Source: a virus (lineage: Duplodnaviria > Caudoviricetes). Taken from it: 25,009 bases of DNA. The notes beneath the pieces are model-generated. The model had not been told where the DNA came from. It worked only from the letters and a program-made list of their open reading frames with translations, and made no database searches. A program made the position numbers and the translations under genes. Of this stretch, positions 7,222 to 16,195 are shown in pieces. Within the stretch, counting starts at the first letter, position 1, and the number at the start of each line of letters is the position of its first letter. The stretch is from IMG/VR virus record IMGVR_UViG_3300029318_000093, positions 1-25,009 of that record; one strand, given 5' to 3'.

Positions 7222-7998
7222 TTAATCAGGATCTTTCCATTCTTTAACAGCTAATGCCCATCTTGGTGCAACACTACCACTACCTAATTTTGCTTGTAAT
7301 TTATGGTTGTTTACTTTAACTACTAATCCATCTGTTGGATATCTAGAAAAAACTAAACTATCTTGCCAATCTTCATGTAAAACTTTTACTTTCTGTATAA
7401 CATTACTTTTAATATGTATATGACCGCAGACATGAAACTTCCAACATAATAGTTCCTGTAATGTATCAATCTCATAGCCATAATCTTTTCCCATAATTTC
7501 AAAAGCACAGAATGCGAGTCCTTCTCCATCGGGTGCTTTTTTTCTCATGTGACCTGCTGCAAGTCTTTGACTTTTTGTATGACCTGTCAATCCATATAAT
7601 TCTCCTCTTACTTCTAAGCAATCTAAATGATTAATCTTTTGTGGTAAATTTTTTACCTTTCTCATTGCATAAGTAATATCTTTACCTTTTCTATTCCATG
7701 CTTTAACTAATTCTCCAAATCTATATCTTAGTGCTACAGCACAACCATCAATCTTTGGTTCTACTACTACATCTGTATTATGTGGCAAGTCTCTATACCA
7801 ATTTTCAAAAGATTGATTACCTAAACTTAAAAGATAATTACCTCCACCAGGAGAAAGTAATGTTGGGTGGTCAGGTGCTATATCTATTAATTCTGCTCTT
7901 AACTTATCAAACTCATAATCAGATACTAAAGGATTACCAGCTCTATAAGCTTCATCTAATAATTGTATTTTTTTTGCTAGTTCTTCTACGTTAATCAC
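7222..7998 (-). CDS. NAD-dependent DNA ligase, Ia + adenylation domain only
   Basis: Y..G.P.VSD.EFD (domain Ia), EPKIDG, EVRGE, DGLVVK, PRWALAVK; stops 6 residues later, no OB/Zn/HhH/BRCT. Confidence 0.9.
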   Translation of the reverse strand: MINVEELAKKIQLLDEAYRAGNPLVSDYEFDKLRAELIDIAPDHPTLLSPGGGNYLLSLGNQSFENWYRDLPHNTDVVVEPKIDGCAVALRYRFGELVKAWNRKGKDITYAMRKVKNLPQKINHLDCLEVRGELYGLTGHTKSQRLAAGHMRKKAPDGEGLAFCAFEIMGKDYGYEIDTLQELLCWKFHVCGHIHIKSNVIQKVKVLHEDWQDSLVFSRYPTDGLVVKVNNHKLQAKLGSGSVAPRWALAVKEWKDPD

Positions 7999-8036
7999 TA
8001 GTGCTAATAATTTGCTACTAATATCCTAGCATTAAT

Positions 8037-8819
8037 TTATAATGATTTGCCAAATTTGTTAATACTTTCAATTAATATTTTTGGAAACTCTCTATTTATT
8101 ATCGTCATTATTTGTTTCCCATATTCATCTTTTGGTTTTATACTTGGCAACTTACCATATATAAATAATGGTTTAACCATTCCTTTTTTACCTTCATCAG
8201 CCTTAACTCTATATATACCTGCTCTTAATTTTTTATTTTTACTTTCTCCTTGATTTTTAACAGCAAAAACTCTTGCAGTTTGTATTCTACTTCCCTTTGA
8301 TTTATTATTTGTTTTTTTATTTCTTGAAGAACTTAATCCCCAAATAGTATTACGATAAACTGTTGGTTTTACTCTTCCAGATTCTGTAAGCTGAATCATT
8401 TCTCCATATTTTGTATTTGGATATGGATATTGATTTGGATTGATGTAATTTCTTTTTCTTAAATATTGCAAAAATCTGGTTGCATAAACTTCTGTACTAC
8501 CTCCACCAATTACTGGAAATAAATATTTAGCTGGTGCGTTACCTTTAGATTCATCGTCATTAACTTTAAAAGTAACTTCATTTTTTTCAGCAGCATAATT
8601 GATACTTTTTAATGTGTAATCTACAGGATCACGAAATTGATTTTTACCAGATTTAAATTCAAAAGGTAAACCTTTTTTATCATTTTTAGCTACAAGAAAA
8701 CCAATTCGTTTTGTAGCTTGATAAGTACTTCGTCTTAAAGATTTAGCATCATATTTATTAATTTCTTTTATCAAAGAAGCTACATTAATTGTTACTCTGG
8801 TTGCCAAAATAAAATCCAA
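8037..8819 (-). CDS. Basic phage protein, possible virion morphogenesis/tail-completion type
   Basis: 260 aa, Lys-rich; F.DPV.YT, KGNAPAKYL.P.I.GG motifs; function tentative. Confidence 0.5.
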   Translation of the reverse strand: MDFILATRVTINVASLIKEINKYDAKSLRRSTYQATKRIGFLVAKNDKKGLPFEFKSGKNQFRDPVDYTLKSINYAAEKNEVTFKVNDDESKGNAPAKYLFPVIGGGSTEVYATRFLQYLRKRNYINPNQYPYPNTKYGEMIQLTESGRVKPTVYRNTIWGLSSSRNKKTNNKSKGSRIQTARVFAVKNQGESKNKKLRAGIYRVKADEGKKGMVKPLFIYGKLPSIKPKDEYGKQIMTIINREFPKILIESINKFGKSL

Positions 8820-8865
8820 AAAATGTTATTAATTAAAGTATAGCAAGTCTTGGTTAAGTGAGACT

Positions 8866-9097
8866 GTGTGTCCAACGTCCAACCTCGTCCAACCTATTTC
8901 TATATATATTCCTTTTTCTTAGGTACATATAAGATAGCCCCTTTTTAGCCCTATCCTGTATATATTTATATAAAAAAAGTCCTTTATGGGTTTTTAGTTG
9001 GACGTTAGACAAAGCTAGTGGTGGACAAGGTGTCCAACCTGTGTCCAACCTTCAGGTGTCCAACCTGTTAACGATTTATACAGAAATTGTGTCCAAG
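8866..9097. other. Probable replication origin with GTCCAAC iterons around an AT-rich core
   Basis: GTCCAAC at 8870, 8877, 8887, 9032, 9043, 9058; inverted GTTGGAC 8997, variants 9004, 9020, 9091; directly downstream of primase-VirE. Confidence 0.75.
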
Positions 9098-11220
9098 TCT
9101 CGAATGTAGACCCATTTGCGACTCGATCTATCTCCTCTGCGTTTTTTAACGAGTCCCAAGTCCCTTAGTATTGACGCAATTTGCATTTGATCTCCTCTGG
9201 TTTGTCGTTCAATTGGCTTTTCAATTGCTTCTGTAAGTACGACCTCTGTTGTTAACTCACGACCTCTATTCTTTGGTTCATTTATATAACTTTCTACGAC
9301 AGATTTCCAAGGACTATCTATTAAATATTTCACGTTTTCGTTGTTAACAATTGCCTCAGATTCTGTATCTAAAATCCAAGGTTCTTTATTTAAATATGCA
9401 CTAACTGCGGAAGCCCAAATACTATCTTTTTCTTTTAATAATCCATCACAATCTATTTGCTTTTCATTATCTTTTGATGTGGGTATGATCCAAAATCTAC
9501 GATTGCCCGAATCATCCATTAGCAATCCATCTGTCTTGTTACTAGTTCCTACTATTATTCCTCTTCTTTTAAAAACTTCTGTTGCTTTTCCATATGGAAC
9601 TCTAAATATATCTGTTGCTTGAGATAGGAATGCTTTGACTTCTCCAGCTTGTTTTCTTGTTGTCAAGAAATCCAATTCGCTATATTCCATTATCCAGCTG
9701 CGATGAAGAATCATTAACGAGTCTTTATTAGAAATATCTTTTAATGCATCGGAAAAAAAATGCCCTCCTAAAACAGACCAAAAGGTAGATTTTCTTGCAC
9801 CTTGTTTTCCTACTATCACACAACAATTATCAAACTTACAACCTGGCTCAAAGACACGAGCTACTGCTGCGATGAGTGTACATTTAAGCATTTTATCGTA
9901 AATAGTTGGAGCAATCGGTTTATCTTCAGGTCTTAAATAGGTAGTTGCTAATTGATCTATGTAAGTAAGTTCTTCTGTATTGGAAACGTGCTGTAGATAT
10001 TCTTTTACAGGATCGTATTCATTTTCTCTTGCAATTTGTACTACACAATCAAAAGCAACATCTTTTGGAATTTTTAATCCTTTATTTGCAAGATGTAAAT
10101 AATATCTTTCTATAGAGTTTGCCCCATCGCAAACAACTTCTCCTTCTTCTATCTGTTGTGTAAATACATTATATCTAAATGGCTCTTGTCCTCGATTCTG
10201 CTTTTCTCTTAATAGTGCCATTAATTGATTAGCTTCTATTTTTTGTAATGGATCTGTTTTTACAGATACAGGCTGATCGGGATTTTCTATATCTTTAATC
10301 TCTACAACTTTTGGAGGTTTATATCCAGCTTCTCGTGCGAGATACCAAAAAGTCCCTGCCTCGATTTGTGACCCTCCAGACCTTGCAATCTGATCTATCC
10401 CACCCCATTCGGGGGAATGTTGTTGCATCAAAGATATTGCATCGCTTGAAGATCTGTTTGCGTCATCGCAAGCTTTAACAAGTCCCCACAGTAAATTACG
10501 ATAGTAATCATAAGTACCACTTCCAGGGATTCTTGGAGGAATGAAATTTAGTGCTTCTTTAATATCTTCAAAAGAGCCTTTTCTATATTCTTTAAATTGT
10601 TTACTTTTTTTTATTTTTTCTGTTTGTACTTTATTAGGTAAACAATCTTCTATATCTTTAACTGTATATTTGTTATCACAAGAACTAATAATCCTTGTCA
10701 TCTCTCTTTGCGTCCCATCATCTCCCATATGATATGTGCCAGGTAGACGCATCACTCGTGATGGATTTTTTAAGGCTCTATCTGCATCTGCATAATCTAG
10801 TAATCTTTCTTGAATAGGCTTCCAAGTCTTTGGATCAATTGTCTTTTTTAAAACCCAATAGTTATGTATTGATTTACCTCCAGTGTCTATTTGTAATGTT
10901 GGTTCTGGAAGACCCAAACTTCTCCATAAATCCACTTGTTCAGACTTAGGTCTATCATCCCATTCGCAGAAGTATGCCCTACAACCTGTTATTTCACTAT
11001 CAGTATCACCACCATCATTTACAACAACATAAATACCACGACCTTCAGATTGACATTGAGTAATCCAATTTATATCTGCATTAGATTTTTTACCACGATC
11101 TGTATTTTTAAGTGGATGCCCTTTTGGGTAAAAGGAACGTAATCTAACAGTATTTTTATCTTTGCCAAGAATTTGAAGAAAAGTCCTCCATTGCAACTTA
11201 TCGAGTTTTAGATCAGACAT
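9076..11220 (-). CDS. Primase-helicase: RepB-type AEP primase + PriCT-2-like + VirE ATPase
   Basis: FCEWDD, TGGKSIHNYW, NPSRVMRLPG; GCKFD, Walker A GKQGARKST, FRVPYGK, DDSGNRRFW. Confidence 0.9.
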   Translation of the reverse strand: MSDLKLDKLQWRTFLQILGKDKNTVRLRSFYPKGHPLKNTDRGKKSNADINWITQCQSEGRGIYVVVNDGGDTDSEITGCRAYFCEWDDRPKSEQVDLWRSLGLPEPTLQIDTGGKSIHNYWVLKKTIDPKTWKPIQERLLDYADADRALKNPSRVMRLPGTYHMGDDGTQREMTRIISSCDNKYTVKDIEDCLPNKVQTEKIKKSKQFKEYRKGSFEDIKEALNFIPPRIPGSGTYDYYRNLLWGLVKACDDANRSSSDAISLMQQHSPEWGGIDQIARSGGSQIEAGTFWYLAREAGYKPPKVVEIKDIENPDQPVSVKTDPLQKIEANQLMALLREKQNRGQEPFRYNVFTQQIEEGEVVCDGANSIERYYLHLANKGLKIPKDVAFDCVVQIARENEYDPVKEYLQHVSNTEELTYIDQLATTYLRPEDKPIAPTIYDKMLKCTLIAAVARVFEPGCKFDNCCVIVGKQGARKSTFWSVLGGHFFSDALKDISNKDSLMILHRSWIMEYSELDFLTTRKQAGEVKAFLSQATDIFRVPYGKATEVFKRRGIIVGTSNKTDGLLMDDSGNRRFWIIPTSKDNEKQIDCDGLLKEKDSIWASAVSAYLNKEPWILDTESEAIVNNENVKYLIDSPWKSVVESYINEPKNRGRELTTEVVLTEAIEKPIERQTRGDQMQIASILRDLGLVKKRRGDRSSRKWVYIRDLDTISV

Positions 11221-11236
11221 TAATTTGATTGTGATA

Positions 11237-11593
11237 TTAACTTAGGGACAAAATATTAAAAACATCTTTAATGCTTCTGGCTACTCCTGTAATGCCCCCA
11301 GATTTATTGATGAAGTTAAGCCAATTGTTTTGTTGAGTTGTAAGTTTGCCTTTTTCTGTTTTTATTTCTATTGAGACAAACTGTGCGATTTCTTGTCCGA
11401 TCATATCTTCGGTTATTTTTATTTTCTTAAAACCGATAAGATCAGAAGAACCTTTAGCTAACCCGAACTGAACGTATCTTCCTGTTCTGGGGTCGGGAAG
11501 TTGCCCCACTTGATTACGAAAAAGGCGAAGAGTTGGTATCTTGCCGATTGCAAGTCGGATTTCTTGTTGAAGCTTAGTTTCATTGTTGCTCAC
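11237..11593 (-). CDS. VRR-NUC domain nuclease
   Basis: E..LQ..I, LFRN.VG, FGL.KGSSDLIG, IEIKT..GK...QQ..WL. Confidence 0.85.
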   Translation of the reverse strand: MSNNETKLQQEIRLAIGKIPTLRLFRNQVGQLPDPRTGRYVQFGLAKGSSDLIGFKKIKITEDMIGQEIAQFVSIEIKTEKGKLTTQQNNWLNFINKSGGITGVARSIKDVFNILSLS

Positions 11594-12596
11594 GCTCCAA
11601 TTGTATAACCCTTTGCAAGGGTATAGCTGCGACTTGCGGAACTATAGTATTTCCCAGCTGCTTTAATCTTTGGATTCGTTGACTTGCGTCCAATTTAGTG
11701 GATAGCCCATCATCTCCTCTACGAATCGTGGGTTCAGATATGTATTGTCTCCAGTTTGGGTTAATACGTCTGATATTCTGCGTTTTCCATGTCGGTCTAT
11801 AAACCCTTGACCCGACCTTCCTTTGTAGTCTGTTGCTGTCGGGGTTGGAAGAAGACTGTTGAAAGTTTTTACTGTCTGTGGATTCACCGCTTCCCTGAGA
11901 TTCGATAAAGATGTCCTCCCTTTTCTCGGACCTTCCATCTGTCTCTTTAATGCTTCGGGACTCCTTTGATCTAAATGATCCATTGTTGTTGGAGTCGGCA
12001 ACATTTCCCGATCTATTATTTCTGTCGCTAGTCCCTTGCTGTGTCTTTTGTCTTTGTTTGGGCTGTTGTCGTAATACATCGAGTCGTTGCATACTGTCGG
12101 AGTTGGAAGGAAATCCGAGCAACCACCAGCGATCTCTTTGGTGGCAAGCTCCAACAAAGCTGCTTGGAATACAACACCATTCTGCATCGTACCCTGCCTC
12201 GTAAATGTCTCGGAGAACGATGTCCATTCCGTTAGCAAGGATCGCTGATACGTTTTCCAAGATGAAGTATTTTGGTCGTACCATGCGTATGGTTCTGATG
12301 AGTTGAAACCAGAGACCAGACCTTGTAGTCTCCGTGATGCCTTCCCTTCGTCCAGCTTGGCTAATGTCGGTGCAAGGAAAGCCCCCAGTGATAACGTCTG
12401 CTGAATGTGGTTCGGCTCTGTAGGTTGTGATGTCATCGTGAATAGGAATATTAGGAAAGTTTTTGTTTAATACTTGTTGACAATACGGATCAATTTCTAT
12501 GAACTGTACTGTTTGAAATCCACCTACAAGTTTTTCCGCAGCGTAACTAAAACCGCCAATACCTGCAAATGTATCTAGTAATCTAAGTTTTTTCAT
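11580..12596 (-). CDS. C5-cytosine DNA methyltransferase, large subunit (motifs I-VIII and X)
   Basis: FAGIGG (I), GFPC (IV), ENV (VI), HQRDR (VIII), RLKQLGNTIVPQ (X); no motif IX in this frame. Confidence 0.9.
   Translation of the reverse strand: MKKLRLLDTFAGIGGFSYAAEKLVGGFQTVQFIEIDPYCQQVLNKNFPNIPIHDDITTYRAEPHSADVITGGFPCTDISQAGRREGITETTRSGLWFQLIRTIRMVRPKYFILENVSAILANGMDIVLRDIYEAGYDAEWCCIPSSFVGACHQRDRWWLLGFPSNSDSMQRLDVLRQQPKQRQKTQQGTSDRNNRSGNVADSNNNGSFRSKESRSIKETDGRSEKREDIFIESQGSGESTDSKNFQQSSSNPDSNRLQRKVGSRVYRPTWKTQNIRRINPNWRQYISEPTIRRGDDGLSTKLDASQRIQRLKQLGNTIVPQVAAIPLQRVIQLEREQQ
11663..12436 (-). CDS. Nested alternative-frame methyltransferase small subunit (variable region + motif IX)
   Basis: 257 aa open entirely inside the MTase gene; three LPTPT modules; LNPRFVEEMMGYPLNWT resembles motif IX. 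Confidence 0.8.
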   Translation of the reverse strand: MTSQPTEPNHIQQTLSLGAFLAPTLAKLDEGKASRRLQGLVSGFNSSEPYAWYDQNTSSWKTYQRSLLTEWTSFSETFTRQGTMQNGVVFQAALLELATKEIAGGCSDFLPTPTVCNDSMYYDNSPNKDKRHSKGLATEIIDREMLPTPTTMDHLDQRSPEALKRQMEGPRKGRTSLSNLREAVNPQTVKTFNSLLPTPTATDYKGRSGQGFIDRHGKRRISDVLTQTGDNTYLNPRFVEEMMGYPLNWTQVNESKD

Positions 12597-14320
12597 TTAT
12601 TAATAAAGATTAGAGAATTAGGATTTATAACAACATTTTTATTACGAACTGTAGATACATAATTTATTATGAAAGTTCTATCCCAAGAATACTGAAACAT
12701 ATCAAAAAACCATTCTTTAAATAACTTTCTATTAGCAAAACTGCTACTACTATTTAATTGCATAGTTTTAAATATTACTCCAGCATCTGAATTTGGATTT
12801 TTAGCTAACTTTCTATAGTTTTCATTGTGATAATCTTTTAACATTTTAAATCCAACAGAATTAAGAGCAAACAATCTTGCAACTTTTTCTTTTTGATCCA
12901 TTGTTAATTTAGCTTTATATTTCATGTCTGGTTTAGGAAGATAGTATGTATTTTTTTTTCTAGATTCATGCACCCTATAAGCCCATCCTTTTTTATAACC
13001 TAATATTTTTGCAACCATTTCTAATTCTTCTAAAGTTCTTGCAGTTGCGATAAGTTGTTTTTGTTGTTGTTTTTCTGTTTCTGCTTGTTCTTTTCTCTTA
13101 AGTTCCTCTAATTCTCCTTCTTCTTGCTTAATAAACCTTTCTCTGTTTTCTGCTTGATAACCACAAACAGGACAAACTGGTGTTGGTTTATATGTAGCAA
13201 AACATTTTTTGCAAGTTTCTACATGAGGTGCAAGTTCTCCTTTTTTCTTTTTCTTTTTTTGCGAATGTAATGACCAATCTCTTTTATCATCTACAAAACC
13301 ATGTGTTCTAGTGCTATTTACATGATCTAAAATAATAGCTGTCTTATTAGTTTTCGGCCTAAGAACTCTACCTACTTGTTGTAAATATAACCCTTCAGAT
13401 TTTGTTGGTCTAAGGAGAATTGCTGCTGATACATCTGGAACATCTGTACCTTCTGATATGACATCAACAGATGTAAGAATTTGTATTTTTCCATTTCCAA
13501 GTCCTTTAATTGCCTTATCACGATCATCGACCTTCATCTCGCCATGAACTATAGCAGCTTTATAACCTGCATCTTTAAATTTATTACAAACATCAGTTGC
13601 GTGTTTTATAGAAATACAAAAAGCAATTGCAGGTAAACCATCTGCGTGTTTTTTATATTGTTGAACTGCATCGCCAATAATATCTACACTATCTATTTGT
13701 TTTTCTAATTCTTTTTTCTGATAATCTCCACCTAAAGTTTTTACTTTATCTAAATTTACTTTTAAAGGAGGTGCAAATACTTTATAAGGAGCAAGATATT
13801 TTTCATCAATTAATTTTGCCACTCCAGGGCCTTTAACTAAATCATCGAAATAATCAGCTAATCCTCTGCCATCAAGTCTTATTGGTGTAGCAGTACATCC
13901 AATTTTATATGCATCTTTAAAATGATCTATTATCTTTGTCCAACTTCCAGCTGCTGCGTGATGTGCTTCATCAATAATAATGTAGTTAGGATTAAAAGTA
14001 TTTTTTACAAGTCTCCTTACTAAGGTTTGTACAGATGCTATCTGTATATTGTTTCTTGACTCTTTATATTTTGCAGCAATAACACCATGCTTTACTCCAA
14101 TAGCTTTTAATTTTTTAGAAGCTTGATCTATTAATTCTCTTCGATGTACAAGAATTAAAACATTTTTTTTGTTTTGTGATATTGCTTTAGATATTGCAGC
14201 AAAAACAACTGTCTTACCAGCTCCAGTTGGCATTACTAACAAAGGAGATTTTTTACCCTTTGTATTAAAAGAATATCTCAAACTATCTATTGCTTTGATT
14301 TGATAACTTCTTAACTGCAT
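12593..14320 (-). CDS. SF2 DEAH helicase with Zn finger and C-terminal extension
   Basis: LRSYQ, PTGAGKT, DEAHH, TATP, QQVGRVLR, CKKC..CPVCG, GYKKGWA. Confidence 0.92.
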   Translation of the reverse strand: MQLRSYQIKAIDSLRYSFNTKGKKSPLLVMPTGAGKTVVFAAISKAISQNKKNVLILVHRRELIDQASKKLKAIGVKHGVIAAKYKESRNNIQIASVQTLVRRLVKNTFNPNYIIIDEAHHAAAGSWTKIIDHFKDAYKIGCTATPIRLDGRGLADYFDDLVKGPGVAKLIDEKYLAPYKVFAPPLKVNLDKVKTLGGDYQKKELEKQIDSVDIIGDAVQQYKKHADGLPAIAFCISIKHATDVCNKFKDAGYKAAIVHGEMKVDDRDKAIKGLGNGKIQILTSVDVISEGTDVPDVSAAILLRPTKSEGLYLQQVGRVLRPKTNKTAIILDHVNSTRTHGFVDDKRDWSLHSQKKKKKKGELAPHVETCKKCFATYKPTPVCPVCGYQAENRERFIKQEEGELEELKRKEQAETEKQQQKQLIATARTLEELEMVAKILGYKKGWAYRVHESRKKNTYYLPKPDMKYKAKLTMDQKEKVARLFALNSVGFKMLKDYHNENYRKLAKNPNSDAGVIFKTMQLNSSSSFANRKLFKEWFFDMFQYSWDRTFIINYVSTVRNKNVVINPNSLIFINK

Positions 14321-14395
14321 AAGGTTGCACGAGATGTTTTAAGGGTATATGATACGACAAGAAACGACAAGTCTTTTATTGATAATCCAACAAAA

Positions 14396-15223
14396 ATGTA
14401 TAAACCCCTTGTAATGAGCAATGCAGAATATCACTCAAAGAAAGACTACGAGTCTTCTACTTCTATTCGTGATATAAAGTTAAATCCAAAAAAATATTTA
14501 TTTCGCAAAACACATGAAACTGTTCCTACTAAAGCTATGGAAGAGGGAACTGCTGTACATACATATTTTTTAGAAAACGATTTATTTAAAAAAAATTATG
14601 TATTCAAACCAAAAGCATTTAATGGCAGAACAAAGGAAGGCAAAGAATGGATGCAAGAACATGGTCATCTAAATATATTGTCTGCTGAATGGGAAGAAAA
14701 TCTTATACAGATGAATCACAACTTTTTAAACAGCCCTGCAAAATTTATCTACAATAAGGAAGGATTAGCAGAATTAAGCTATTTTTGGGAAGATTTATAC
14801 AAAATAAAGGGTAAATGTAGACCAGATTGGCTATCTAAGGATGGAAATACAGTTGTTGATCTAAAAACTACACAAGATGCGAGTCCTAAAGGTTTTCAAA
14901 AATCTATAGCAAATTTTGGTTATCACATTCAATGTGCTTGGTACTTGAGAGGTTTAAGAAAACTAGATGTACCTGCAAAAGAATTTATTTTTATAGCAAT
15001 AGAAAAAACAGCACCATATTGTATTGGAGTCTATCGAGCAGATGAAGACATGATTAATGCAGGTATGAGTGAAGTAGAAAAATCATTAGAACTTTTAAGA
15101 ATATGCCAAGAAACAAAACTATATCCAGACTACACACCGACCATACAAGATATTAGTCTTCCTCCTTGGATGACTAATAAAAAGGTCACACCACAAAACT
15201 ATCAGGAGATTGAACTTTACTAA
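14396..15223 (+). CDS. RecE/exonuclease VIII-like PD-(D/E)xK nuclease (DUF3799 type)
   Basis: NAEYH, GTAVH..LE, KCRPDWL, VDLKTT, YHIQ.AWY, F.FIAIEK..PY. Confidence 0.88.
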   Translation: MYKPLVMSNAEYHSKKDYESSTSIRDIKLNPKKYLFRKTHETVPTKAMEEGTAVHTYFLENDLFKKNYVFKPKAFNGRTKEGKEWMQEHGHLNILSAEWEENLIQMNHNFLNSPAKFIYNKEGLAELSYFWEDLYKIKGKCRPDWLSKDGNTVVDLKTTQDASPKGFQKSIANFGYHIQCAWYLRGLRKLDVPAKEFIFIAIEKTAPYCIGVYRADEDMINAGMSEVEKSLELLRICQETKLYPDYTPTIQDISLPPWMTNKKVTPQNYQEIELY

Positions 15224-15363
15224 TGAAAATCGAATTCGATTACAAACAAGGAGAGTGGATACAACTAAAAGCGTATCTTTTTCCATACCTTCATAAATCA
15301 GAACTTGTACAAGATTTTGTAAAAAAGGTAAATACAAAAACTAGATTGAGGCCAATGAAATGA
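15223..15363 (+). CDS. Hypothetical protein (46 aa, not in ORF track)
   Basis: Read manually: MKIEFDYKQGEW...RPMK*; TAATG and ATGA overlaps at both ends. Confidence 0.6.
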   Translation: MKIEFDYKQGEWIQLKAYLFPYLHKSELVQDFVKKVNTKTRLRPMK

Positions 15364-15572
15364 GTATAGAAGAACGTCTAAATAATCTTGAAAAAGGTTA
15401 TAAAGAACTTTGTCAATCACATGACAAAAACAAACAAGCACATTTATTAACTGCAAGTTCAATAAATGAAGTTAATAACAGTTTTAAAGAGATAAGAAAT
15501 TTAATTAAAACACAACAGATAATTAATAATGGAATTTTGAGTAAATTACAAGAATTGGAGGATAGAAAATGA
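15360..15572 (+). CDS. Coiled-coil hypothetical protein
   Basis: 70 aa; ATGA-coupled on both sides. Confidence 0.7.
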   Translation: MSIEERLNNLEKGYKELCQSHDKNKQAHLLTASSINEVNNSFKEIRNLIKTQQIINNGILSKLQELEDRK

Positions 15573-16195
15573 CAACAGAAATTACAACAACAGAAGGCGA
15601 GTCTTCTATATATCAAACTACAGATAGTTTTGAATTTGCACAAAGACAAGCAAAAAGTTTATGTCAATCACAATTAGTGCCAACACAATATCAAGGTCAA
15701 CAAGGTTTACCTAATTGTTTGGTTGCACTTGAAATGAGTAAAAGAATGAATCTTAGTCCATTAACTGTTATGCAAAATTTAAATGTTATACACGGCAAGC
15801 CAACATGGTCGGCACAATTTATTACATCTAATATTATTGGATGCGGTAGATTTACTAACTTTGATTATTTAGTAAAAGGCCAAGGCGAAACATTAGAAGT
15901 ACAATGTGTTGCCACCAGGCTTGAAGATAAAAAACAAGTTAAAGGCACAGCAGTATCTATGAAGATGGCAAGACAAGAGGGCTGGACTAAAAACCCTAAA
16001 TATTCCAGTATGCCTGAATTAATGTTACGCAACCGAGCAGCAACATTTTTTGGTAGGCAATATATTCCCGATCTGTTATTAGGTGTGCAAACTAGTGAAG
16101 AAGTGATAGATATAGAACCAGAGCCAATAAATGTATCCGAGTCTTCGGTGCAAGTCGAATCAAAACAGGAGGATGAAAATGACCTTGGATTCTAA
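15569..16195 (+). CDS. RecT-like single-strand annealing recombinase
   Basis: VP..YQG, VMQNLNVIHGKPTW, PELMLRNRA..FF.R...PD.LLG; acidic tail; downstream of RecE-like gene. Confidence 0.8.
   Translation: MTTEITTTEGESSIYQTTDSFEFAQRQAKSLCQSQLVPTQYQGQQGLPNCLVALEMSKRMNLSPLTVMQNLNVIHGKPTWSAQFITSNIIGCGRFTNFDYLVKGQGETLEVQCVATRLEDKKQVKGTAVSMKMARQEGWTKNPKYSSMPELMLRNRAATFFGRQYIPDLLLGVQTSEEVIDIEPEPINVSESSVQVESKQEDENDLGF

Noticed and set aside
8854-9048. 64-aa ORF
   Set aside because: Runs through the iteron/AT core, non-ATG start, no protein features
11237-12596. Restriction-modification pair (VRR-NUC + MTase)
   Set aside because: VRR-NUC beside helicase and primase is a normal phage replication arrangement; no sign of a cognate restriction enzyme
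14354-14371. ACGACAAG x2 between divergent helicase and RecE-like genes
   Set aside because: Plausible operator, but only two copies and not seen elsewhere
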